A stretch of 64,000 bases of DNA, from the NCBI RefSeq assembly GCF_963921235.1, contig NC_086097.1, positions 56,422,001 through 56,486,000 on the forward strand. The letters are read 5' to 3'. The notes below the pieces were generated by a model. The model was not told the origin of the DNA. It saw only the letters and a list, made by a program, of their open reading frames with translations, and did not search any database. The position numbers were made by a program, and so were the translations under genes. The DNA comes from Mobula hypostoma. Taxonomy: Eukaryota. This document shows, one piece after another, positions 1 through 10,901 of the stretch; the first letter of the stretch is position 1, and each line of letters opens with the position of its first letter.

Positions 1-27
1 AACATTCTGAAGGTTTATTTCAGCTGT

Positions 28-365
28 GAATTGAATTGAATTGACTTTATTTCTTACATCCTTCAAATACATGAGTAAAAATCTTTACGTTACATCTCCA
101 TCTAAATGTGCAATGTGCAATCATAATAATTTATAATAAATAGAACAGTCAATGTAATATAGAGTACACTCAAATCAGCATGAGTTCATCAGCCTGAAGG
201 CCTGGTGGAAGAAGCTGTCCTGGCTTTTATGCTGCGGATGGTAGCAGCTGGAATAGATTGTGGTTGGGATGGCTTGGGTCCCCAGTGATCCTACCAGACT
301 TTTTTTACACACCTGTCCTTGTAAATGTCCTGATTCATGGGAAGTTCACAACTACAGATGCGCTG
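28..365 (-). mobile_element. Rex1/Babar-type LINE 3' fragment with (CAATT)n tail
   Basis: The minus strand ends in aataaagtcaattcaattcaattc. Its 3' UTR resembles the copy at 27351-27843 (aaagatttttactc...). Confidence 0.65.
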
Positions 366-768
366 TAATTACCAAAGTACATTGTCTAAAACACACATTT
401 AAGTCATTTGGCTCTTCATACTTGTCCTGGTTTTTCAAATTTAGTCCCATTCTCCTGGTTATTCTCCACAATCTTGCAAATTTGTTTTAGTGGGAATTGT
501 TTTCCACACCATGTTAAAATAACATAGGCAGAAATTAAGATCGTAGGTGACAAGAGTCTGATTACAGTGAAGTAAGTGAGGTGAAAATTGTGAAATTGGA
601 CTTGTAGTTATTGTAGATTTGAACAAAAACAGATTGAACCAAGAATTATGAATATTACCTTGGATCTGGAGAAGTCCAGGTCGTGGGAGCTGATCTTCTG
701 AAATTGATCTCTTAAGCCATCTCTTCTCACTTTATTCTTGCAGTTTCTTCCTGAAGTGATTTTTTTTC

Positions 769-1610
769 AGAATATAGAACAGTACAACACAGGAACAGGC
801 CCTTTAGCCCATAATGTCTGTGCTGGACATGATGCTGAATTAAGCTAATTCTCTTCTGCCTGTACATGGTCCATATCCCTCTATTCCCTGCATATCCATG
901 TGTCTATCTAACAGCCATTTAATGCCATTATTATACTTACTTCCATCACTTCTCCTGACAGCCCATCCAGGCATCTGCTACTCTCTATGTAAGAAAACTC
1001 TGGCCAGCAGACCTCCTTTAAACTTACCCCCTCTCAACTTAAATGCTTATCCTCTGGTACTTTACATTTCTTCCTGCAAAAAAGCTTCTGACTGTCTACC
1101 CTATCTATGCCTATTATAATTTTATGAACTTCCATCATGTCTCCCCTCAGCATGTGCTGCTCCAGAGAAAACAATCAAATTGGTGCCAACTCTCCTTTTG
1201 GCTGATACCCTCTAATCCAGACAGAATCCTGGTAAATCTCTTCTGAATCCTTTCCAGAGCCTCCACATGTGTCCTGTAATGGGCAAACAGAAATGCACAG
1301 AATGTTCCAGGTGCAGCCTAACCAAACCAAAGCAGACTCAATGGGCCAAATGGTCTAATTCTGCTCCTACGTCTTATGGTCTTTTATCTAGCTGCAAATG
1401 ATTTCCTGAATCTCATACTCAGTCTTCCTATCAACAAAATCAAGCATTCCATGAGCCATTTTTTACCATCCTATCTACTTTGTGGCCACTTTCAATGGGT
1501 TATGTATCTAGACCCCCAGGATGTCTCTATACTTCAGTGCTGTTAAGGGTCCTGCCATTAAAAATAAAATTTCCTCTTAGGTTAGACCTCCTGAAGTGTA
1601 ACAGCTCACA
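769..1610 (-). mobile_element. Old CR1 LINE 3' portion
   Basis: Begins with the agaatatagaacagtacaacacaggaacaggcccttt terminus, followed by degenerate RT C-terminal sequence. Contains a short + strand CR1 tail at about 1331-1382. Confidence 0.75.
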
Positions 1611-1939
1611 CCCACCCCACCCCTCTCCTGTCAATATCCTGACATCTGAGAACCTGAAAAGGTTATGCCATGTTGTCCGGTTTCAAACTGTCTTTGGCCT
1701 CCTATGACCCATAGACAAACTTGTAAGCGATTTCACTGATATCTGATTGTGCCTCACAAAAACCATGCCATCAAAAAGCACCTGTGCAGACCTGGCAGCA
1801 TGCTAATCACAATACAGTGGATTGCCAAGGAAGATTGCCAGTGCTTTTACTGCTATCTTTAACAGGTCTTTCTTCAAAAACATCTAAGTATTATCTCTAT
1901 CTGAGGAAACAAGATGTTGCTGTATGTGCTCTATAGATC

Positions 1940-1945
1940 TTTATT
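1940..1945 (-). promoter_or_regulatory. Possible distal polyadenylation signal (AATAAA)
   Basis: Second tttatt on the + strand in the AT-rich 3' region. Confidence 0.35.
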
Positions 1946-2066
1946 TTGATTGTGTTATATTACAGTTAAGTGTAGTAACAGCAATCAAAAATATTCATTT
2001 TAATCAAAGGAATGTACCATTAAATAAATAATAAAAATAACAATGTGAGGACTTTCAATACAAAAA

Positions 2067-2072
2067 TTTATT
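2067..2072 (-). promoter_or_regulatory. Proximal polyadenylation signal (AATAAA) of SLC35F4
   Basis: tttatt on the + strand, about 200 nt past the stop codon. It is followed on the minus strand by a U-rich tract (2020-2043), as expected for a downstream element. Confidence 0.6.
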
Positions 2073-2273
2073 AGACATTAACATCCATTTCCATTTAACT
2101 TTATAAAGATTAAATTGCAATAATATATTCTTTATAGTGAAACTGTATTATATTTATATTGTATACAGCAGATCTGCTTCAAAAAGTAATGTCATAATAG
2201 CATACTGTGTTACACAAAACTAAATCATATTCACAGAATATACATTCCCGTGCATTTAAAAACATGACTGCTT

Positions 2274-2515
2274 TTAAGCCAAAGGTATTGACACTGTACC
2301 ATTCGCTCTGCTTCTGGTCCGGGTGTGGACACTGGACTCTGTGACATCTTCAGTTTGTTCCTCATTTTTCTTTTCTTTTAATCTGTTAATAAACTTTAAA
2401 GTTATCTCATCCCATTCCTCGGGAAGTAGCATCAATAGAAAGCCAATACATATAATGGTTGTTGCAGCTAATCGCACCATGCTGAATATTACCTCATGTT
2501 TCAGGAGGTCAACAA
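2274..2515 (-). CDS. SLC35F4: SLC35F4 terminal coding exon (242 nt including TAA)
   Basis: Acceptor cttttttttacacag|TT. Encodes VDLLKHEVIFSMVRLAATTIICIGFLLMLLPEEWDEITLKFINRLKEKK...RANGTVSIPLA*. The C-terminal GTVSIPLA is characteristic of SLC35F4 rather than SLC35F3 (from memory of the family). Confidence 0.96.
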
Positions 2516-3049
2516 CTGTGTAAAAAAAAGCAAATTATTCATTAGTAAGTGTTCTTGTATAACTTGAAACAGAATGTATCATAACTTTCAATATTAAATA
2601 CTTACAGCCCAAATGCAATTTGATTATTATCTCAAAAATAGTTCTTGAATTATCTAGTTATTTTATTCTATTTATTTTATAAATAAATATATTATTACAT
2701 TTTAAAATTATACTTACTTGTGCATTAGTCTAAGAATTATAAGTGTCATGTTTCCAATAACAGAAACAAATCATAATATAGATTTTTTTTAATATATGTA
2801 TAATGTGACACCGTTATGTTGCACAACATCCAGAGGCAGGACTTGGTGATCTAGAATTGAGGCAGCTCTCAGCTCCAAATTGATACAGGTGGATCTGTAA
2901 AACTTTGAATGAGGACTTACCACCCAGGTCAGTAAAGAGAGTGTGACAAGTTCTGGCTCAATTACTTTCAATGTGAAGTCATATTTTTATATAGGCAAAC
3001 AGTATACCTAAAGGTCCCATAAACTGCAGTCAGAGGCTTCTTAAAGAGA

Positions 3050-4015
3050 GGGCTTTGATACAAATAAAAAAATACTTCTAAGTTTTTGCACCCAACTTTA
3101 TAAAGAAAAGCTTCTATAGATTTGTGTAAAGAAAAACATTAGCAAACATTGATGCGAATTTGCAGAATGCAGCAGGAGAAATTATATTTGGGAATGAGGA
3201 ATTGACAGAATTGTTTTTAAATGAATGATACTGATAATCTCCCAGATATGGTGGAGAACAACTAGTTTAAAATAAACTGTTATTGCAAAATGGGACTGAA
3301 AACTGATAAATTCCAAGGATCTGATGTTGTATTTCAAGGTTTAGAAAGTAGCGGATATGGAGATACAAGATGCACTGGTTGTCATCTTTCAAAATTCCAC
3401 AGATTCTGGGATGTTTTCCACAGATTAGAAGGAAATTTTCTGATTAAGTATACAGGAAATTCGCAAAGCAATTGATAAGGTAAGGTGCCAAGCAAGACGA
3501 TTAAACAGGAGTATTAGGTTGGGAAAAATATACTAGCATGGATTAAAGGTTAGTTAATGATCAGAAAAAGAAATGATAAATGGGTCACTGTTGGATGGGG
3601 AGGCTGTGGAGTACTACAGTGAATGGTGGTGGGGATTCAGTTGTTCACAATGTGTTTCAATGATAACTTTTGAGAGGACAGGGACATGATATCCAAGTTT
3701 GCTAATGACACAAATCTGAGTACCAGTGCAGGGTGCAGAGAGAATTTAGGGTCATATGAACAACTTAGTAAAAGCTTGAGAACATGCCAGACAAAATATA
3801 TCATGGAAAATTGGGAGGTCATTGTTTTAGTAAAAATGTAGTAAGGTGGAGTATCCTTTAAACATTAAAGCATGTTAGTGCTCAAAACTATTTCGATGTC
3901 CATATATACACAAACTGCTAACATGCAGTTCTACCAAGCCAACAGAAAAGAAATAGCACCTTCTCATTTATTGCAAAAGGATTTCAGTAAATAGTAAAGA
4001 TGTCTTGTTGGATGC
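3050..4015 (+). mobile_element. Highly degraded CR1 LINE RT fragment
   Basis: MGLKTDKF...; tccaagtttgctaatgacacaaa (SKFANDT, a decayed FADD motif). Confidence 0.7.
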
Positions 4016-5765
4016 CAGAATTTTTCCCACAGACTGGAAGGTAATAATGTGTAGATAAGTGATATTTCAGACCCTGAAATATTACATAGAACATAGTTCA
4101 GCATTGGAAAAGCTGCTTTAGCTCACAATGTCTATGGGACTATGGACCCATGAGGGAGGAGCTGGCCAAAGTTGACTGGAAAGATACCCTAGCAGGGATG
4201 ACAGTGGAACAACAATGGCAGGTATTTCTGGGAATAACACAGAGGGTGCAGGATCAGTTCATTCCAAAGAGGAAGAAAGATTCTAAGGGGAGTAAAGGGT
4301 GACCGTGGATGACAAGGGAAGTCAAGGACAGTATAAAAATAAAAGAGAGGAAGTATAACATAGCAAGGATGAGCGGGAAGCTAGAGAATTGGGAGACTTT
4401 TAAGGAGCAACAGAAGATAACTAAAAAGGCAATATGGAGGGAAAAGATGAGGTACAAACTTAAGCTAGCCAAGCATATAAAGGAGGATAGTAGAAGCTTC
4501 TTCAGGTATGTGAGGAAGAAAAAATTAGTTAAGACCAAATTTGGGCCCTTGAAGACAGAAACGGGTGAAGTTATTATGGGGAACAAGGAAATGGCAGACG
4601 AACTGAACAGATACTTTGGATCTGCCTTCACTAGGGAAGACACAAACAATCTCCCAGATGTAATGGTGGCCAGAGGACCTAGGGTAACAGGAACTGAAGG
4701 AAATTCGCATCAGGCAGAAAATGGTGTTCGGTAAACTGATGGGACTGAAGACTGATAAATCCCCAGGGCCTGATGGTCTGCATCCCAGGGTACTTAAGGA
4801 GGTGGCTCTAGAAATCGTGGACGCATTGGTAATCATTTTCCAATGTTCTATAGATTCAGGATCAGTTCCTGTGGATTGGAGGGTAGCTAACATCATTCCA
4901 CTTTTTAAGAAAGGATGAAGAGAGAAAACAGGCAATTATAGACCAGTTAGCCTGACATCAGTGGTGGAGAAGATGCTGGAATCAATTATAAAAGATGAAA
5001 TAGCGGCATATTTGGATAGCAGTAGCAGGATCGGTCCAAGTCAGCATGGATTTACGAAGGGGGAATCACGCTTGACTAATCTTCTGGAATTTTTTGAAAA
5101 TGGACAAGGGAAAGCCAGTGGATGTAGTGTACCTGGACTTTCAGAAAGCCTTTGATAAGGCCCACATAGGAGGTTAGTGGGCAAAATTAGAGCAAATGGT
5201 ATTGGGGGTAGGGTACTCACATGGATAGAAGATTGGTTGACAGACAGGAAACAAAGAGTAGGGATTAATGGGTCCTTTTCAGAATGGCAGGTAGTGACTG
5301 GTGGGGTACCGCAAGGCTCAGTGCTGGGACCGCAGTTATTTACAATATACATTAATGATTTAGATGAAGGGATTAAAAGTAACATCAGCAAATTTGCAGA
5401 TGACACAAAGCTGGGTGACTGTGTGAAATGTGAGGAGGATGTTATGAGAATGCAGGGTAACTTGGACAGGTTGGGTGAGTGGGAAGATGCAGTTTAATGT
5501 GGATAAATATGAGGTTATCCACTTTAGTGGCAAGAACAGGAAGGCAGATTACTATCTGAATGGTGTCAAGTTAGGAAAAGGGGAAGTACAAGATCTAGGT
5601 GTCCTTGTTCATCAGTCACTGAAAGTAAGCATGCAGGTACAGTAAGCAGTGAAGAAAGCTAATGGCATGTCGGCCTTCATAACAAGGGGAGTTGAGTACA
5701 GGAGCAAAGAGGTCCTTCTGCAGTTGTACAGGGCCCTGGTGAGACCACACCTGGAGTATTGTGTA

Positions 5766-6464
5766 AAAGTTGCTGGTGAACGCAGCAGGCCAGGCAGCAT
5801 CTCTAGGAAGAGGTGCAGTCGACGTTTCAGGCCGAGATCCTTCGTCAGGACTAACTGAAGGAAGAGTGAGTAAAGGATTTGAAAGTTGGAGGGGGAGGGG
5901 GAGATCCAAAATGATACGAGAAGACAGGAGGGGGAGGGATGGAGCCAAGAGCTGGACAGGTGATAGGCAAAAGGGATACGAGAGGATCATGGGTCAGGAG
6001 GTCCGAGAAGAAAGACCGGGGGGGGGGGGACCCAGAGGATGGGCAAGGGGTATATTCAGAGGGACAGAGGGAGAAAAAGGAGAGTGAGAGAAAGAATGTG
6101 TGTATAAAAATAAGTAACAGATGGGGTACGAGGGGGAGGTGGGGCATTAGCGGAAGTTAGAGAAGTCGATGTTCATGCCATCAGGTTGGAGGCTACCCAG
6201 ACAGAATATAAGGTGTTGTTCCTCCAACCTGAGTGTGGCTTCATCTTTACAGTAGAGGAGGCCGTGGATAGACATGTCAGAATGGGAATGGGATGTGGAA
6301 TTAAAATGTGTGGCCACTGGAAGATCCTGCTTTCTCTGGCGGACAGAGCGTAGGTGTTCAGCAAAGCGGTCTCCCAGTCTGCGTCGGGTCTCACCAATAT
6401 ATAAAAGGCCACATCGGGAGCACCGGACGATTGAATTTCCAGCATCTGCAGAATTCCTGTTGTT
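5766..6464 (-). mobile_element. Penelope-like element 3' fragment (GIY-YIG endonuclease C-terminus plus 3' UTR/pLTR)
   Basis: ORF 6147-6430 reads RCSRCGLLYIGETRRRLGDRFAEH...PVATHF...EQHLIFCLGSLQPDGMN. Flanked by a 14-bp direct repeat tggagtattgtgta (5752-5765 and 6465-6478). Confidence 0.93.
5817..5852 (-). ncRNA. Minimal type I hammerhead ribozyme
   Basis: Minus strand reads AGUC CUGACGA AGG AUCUCGG CCU GAAA C GUC GACU. It has the full catalytic core, stem I AGUC/GACU, stem II AGG/CCU, a palindromic minimal stem III and a GUC cleavage triplet. Confidence 0.85.
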
Positions 6465-7018
6465 TGGAGTATTGTGTACAGTTTTCGTCTCCAAATTTGA
6501 GGAAGGACATTCTAGCTATTGAGGGAATGCAGCGTAGGTTCATGAGGTTAATTCCCGGGATGGCGGGACTGTCATATGTTGAATGATTGGAGCGACTGGG
6601 GTTGTATACACTGGAATTCAGAAGGATGAGAGGGGATCTGATTGAAACATGGAAGATTATTAAGGGATTGGACACGCTAGAGGCAGGAAACATGGCCCCG
6701 ATGTTGGGGGAGTCCAGAACCAGAGGCCACAGTTTAAGAATAAGGGGTAGACCATTTACAACGGAGTTGAGGAATAACTTTTTCACACAGAGGGTTGTGG
6801 TTCTCTGGAATGCTCTGCCTCAGAAGGCAGTGAAAGCCAATTCTCTGGATTCTTTCAAGTAAGAGTTAGATAGAGCTCTTAAAGATAGCGGAGTCAAGGG
6901 ATATGGGGAGAAGGCAGGAAAAGGGTACTGATTGTGGATGATCAGCCATGATCACAGTGAATGGCGGTGGTGGCTCGAAGGGCTGAATGGCCTACTCCTG
7001 CACCTATTGTCTATTGTC

Positions 7019-7560
7019 CGTACCAACCATGGTACCAATCCAAACTAATCCCAGCTGCCTGTACATGGTCTGTATCCCTCTAATTCTTATCTATTCATGC
7101 ATCTGTCTAAATGCTTCTTAAAAGTTTTATCATATTTGCTTTATTCACTTCCCTTGGCTGTGTGCTCCAGGCACCTATCACTATACATGTAAAAATAATG
7201 TGCCTCATAAACGTCCTTCAACTTTTCCCATCTCAACATTGAGTTTTACACTCTAGTATCTGATATTTTCATCCCGGGAAAAACACTGACTATTCATCCT
7301 ACCTGTGCCATTCAGAATTTTATATATTCTGTTAGGTTGCCTCTCAACCTCCAGTGATCCAGAGAAAATAATTCAAATTTGTTCAAGTTCCTCTTATAGC
7401 TAATACATTCTCTAAGCCAGGCAACAAACTTGTGAACCTCCTCTGAACCCTTCCCATAGCTTCCATATCCATCTTATAGTTCAGCAACCACATAAAATAC
7501 TTCAAATATGGCCAAACTAAAGTTTTATACAGCTGCATATATACTCAAAGTTTGACCAGA
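7019..7560 (-). mobile_element. Old CR1 3' portion (continues at about 4084-4135; split by the younger CR1)
   Basis: acatagaacatag...cacaatgtct joins gtaccaaccatg...ctaatccc; similar to 769-1610 and 41810-42035. Confidence 0.7.
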
Positions 7561-7604
7561 CTGATTCTATTGGAGATATTAAACAGACTAGCCCTATGTT
7601 CTCC

Positions 7605-8000
7605 AGGTTTAAAATAATCTCACTGAAACATACAAAATTCTTATGGACTTGACAGGATAAATGCTGAGATGACATTTCCCTTGCTTGGGGTGTTTGGAAT
7701 TGATGGATGTATTCTCAAAATGAAGAGATGGCTGTTCAGGACTAAGATCAGAAGAAATTCCTTCCCTAAGAGGAAGGCGAATCTTTAGAACTCTCTGGGG
7801 TCTGGAAGCCCAGTCTGAGTGCATTCAAGATAGGTACAAAATTTCCAGGCTGAGGAGAATCTCTCTACCTTACAGATACTGCAATTGTTATTAAATAATA
7901 ATATTTTTAATATTAAGGAAATCAACAAATAATCCAAGAAAGTGGTACAAAGGTCAACAATTACTTTATTAAATGATAGAGCTGGTGCAAGGGAGCCATA
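7605..8000 (+). mobile_element. Degraded CR1 3' fragment
   Basis: ctcactgaaacatacaaaattctt...ggacttgacagg, RT C-terminal sequence. Confidence 0.6.
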
Positions 8001-8379
8001 TATAAAAAACATAATCAGTCAGAACCTGAAGGGCACCAGCAAGCTGCTCTTCAAAATCAATGCAATAGTTCATTTAACTACACAGTTCATTACTTTCAGA
8101 GGTCAGTCTTGTTCCTTATTATTCTCAATCTCAACCAGAACTTAAACTGCATAATATAAAGCACCAATTATGTGTATGTTTGGAGCATTTCAGAGAGAAT
8201 GCATTAAAAGAGAAGTAAAGAAGAAAACTGCAAGCAGACAGACTCTCCATATCTCCATGGAAACTGCAATATCCTGTAAGAAAAATTTTAATTACATGCA
8301 TTTTCTATTGCCAAAGTTTGAAAGTATATATTTTCAGAAGATAAAAGCAGCAAAGGGCAGCAAAACGGAAGCAGAGGGA

Positions 8380-8560
8380 GATGGAGACACAAGAGACTGT
8401 AAATGACAGGACTATGAGCAAAATCACAAGTTGATGAATCGAAGCTGAGCAGTATTTCACAGGTTTCCATATAGTTATACTGATGTGTTAGGCACTCAAT
8501 TGCTTAACCTGCTGAGTACTTCCTGTATTTTCCATTCTTATTTCCAACTTCCAGTTTATT
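8380..8560. mobile_element. Degenerate fold-back Penelope-derived remnant
   Basis: gagacacaagagactgtaaatg... and ...cctgctgagtacttcc...ttccag resemble the PLE terminus in opposite orientations. Confidence 0.4.
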
Positions 8561-10026
8561 GATTTTCATTTGCTAGGTTATTGGGAAGTATTGAGTGCTT
8601 TCCAGATAGTGACTTACCAGAAAAATTATAATATGCCAGTAACTAACTCAAATTAGAGGCATGGGTAGCTATTAAAATTATTGCCAAAGTTGTCAGGTTG
8701 CTTTAACTATTTGCACCTTCAGATGTTTTTTTGAAATTAGTCTAAATCCTGTAAGATCCTATCCCACAACCACCATCACAAGAATAACTAGGGATGGCAA
8801 TAACGCCAGCTGTACTAGCTATGGCCAGCTCCCAAAAAATGAATAAATTTTTAAAAATTCACAGTTGATATTTCTGTTTCACCATTAACAGTGGAAAAGA
8901 AAAGTTCTACAGGATAATTGAATTAGCAAATGTACAAATTGCTATTGCTACGGTTGTGCTTCTCACTGATGGTAAGTGGAATAGAAAATGTAACTGCATT
9001 GTTCTGTAATATTCTGACCAAACTATATTAGAACTGCAAAGGATTATGTTTCTAGCACAGGCAGATTTCTACAGAAAGCAAACAATGTAGAATGAGGTCA
9101 GAGGTTCATTCCTTTCCATCCAATAGTTTGGCGTTCTCCTAAAGTTGTCTATTTGTATTATGGTTGAATGTGATACCTTAGGTTTTAAGGTATTTCATTT
9201 GGTTTATGTATTTTAGCCATTTTGACCGTTTAACCATGAGTTCACCCGGCTTCTGTGAGGTCTGTGTGCAGACACTATGGCTGTTGTGTTTTCACATCCT
9301 TAATCACATTGCATAAATGTCAAGCACTACAGCCACCTGTGATGGCTGAGGTCCAGAAAGGCAAGTGGGGTTAAGGCTCACAGGTAAGTAATGGCCATTT
9401 CATTGCAACTATGAAGGTATAACTTGAAAGTGATTCCAGAAATTAAAATATAATAAAGAGAAAATGGTTCAGTGTAAGGGTGTATAGTTCGGTATATGCA
9501 AGAAGAGAGCTGAGGCCAAAGGTAATAGGGATAAAGAAGGAAGCTGGTAAAGAAAATCAGAGAATTGTAAAAACTTAAAATGACTTTTAGCTAATTTTTT
9601 CTTTCAATAGTAATTATGTCATTGACATTGTGATAGATAGTAATCACAGAAACTTGGCAATAATAAATAACTGGTATTTACAGAATTTCACAACTTTCAA
9701 CATCACTGCTTTCAATAAGGATTGATGTAGAAGTTCAAGAAGCACTTTAGCTGTAAAATGCTGGAACCTATACTATTTAAACCATAATGAGGATCAAAGC
9801 ATATCAAAGTGAAGCTATCCTCCCCAATACAGTGAAAGAAGACAGTTTTTATAAAGGTCAGGCAATTTATTCAGCCAGATTAACACCAGGGAACAAAGAC
9901 AAACTTTTATCCAATAGTTTTGTCACTTTTAATACTTCTTAACCTGACGTACAGAAGAAAATAATTATTTGATAGCTTTACTGTGAAGGACAGAAGCTCA
10001 AGGTACAGCGAAGACAAGAAAATTAC

Positions 10027-10116
10027 CTGCATTTCCAGGGACGCTGAGTACAGTCCCAATGGATATGAGTATAGGATATGTTAAGACAACGCCGACATTC
10101 ACAAGGATATTGAAGG
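10027..10116 (-). CDS. SLC35F4: SLC35F4 coding exon (90 nt)
   Basis: Acceptor ctttttctgcag|CC and donor CAG|gtaatt. Encodes (A)FNILVNVGVVLTYPILISIGTVLSVPGNA, phase 1-1. This frame is not in the ORF track; I translated it by hand. Confidence 0.96.
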
Positions 10117-10901
10117 CTGCAGAAAAAGCAACAATAAATATATTTCATATGTTGAGGTGAATTATTTATATATTCCCATTCTGGACAGAACAACAACAGC
10201 ACCAACTGTTTTGAGTAGATTACTGTCAGTTATGATATAGGTTAAATAGATAATAATCTTACTTTGGAAATTGTATTGCTGTTTCGTATTTATGAAGACA
10301 GACTTTTTTGTGGAAAAGTGAACTGCTGTGAGTCATCATTAATCTTCCTGACGAACATTCCCATAGCTGCGTAAGGACAGTGGGGTCTGCACCAATGGAT
10401 ACATTAGGTCCACCTCAATTAAAAATAATCCCACCTGTTAAGACTGGGTGATATTGTTTTCATCTCAGCTAATTATCACTGGTGCGAATGATACAACACC
10501 CTTAACCCCCTGAGATGGAGCTATCCTCTGTCCATGGTCCTAGTGAGCTGGGTAGTGGGGTGTATAAGCTGGATCTACTCTGCCTTCTTCTCAGTAACTG
10601 TTGATCTTTGAAACTGTTGCCTGGTGCTTTTCAGGCTCTGATTGATTGTGGTTCTTTTTGGTTCCCAAAGTGCAGCAGTATATTTGGCATTCATAGTATT
10701 CTTGTGTAGAGACCCTAGGTGTGCACTATGGTCATTGCACATTGGTATATACAAAAGTAGTCAGTGAAGGACTTTTTGGTTCTCACTCAGGATGTCATCT
10801 ATGAAGCTATATTGTTTTTGCAAGAATTGCATTTTAAACCTTCAGCCCTTATTAAGTACTATTGTGCTCTCATCTTGGAGACACAACAGACTGCAGATAA
10901 A

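Larger units (their letters stand above)
4136..7018 (+). mobile_element. 5'-truncated CR1 LINE (ORF2 RT to 3' tail), interrupted by a Penelope element
   Basis: ORF pieces KSPGPDGLHPRVLKE, GVPQGSVLGP, SKFADDTK and RTRGHSLRI; 3' hairpin region and (ctattgt)n tail. Confidence 0.95.
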
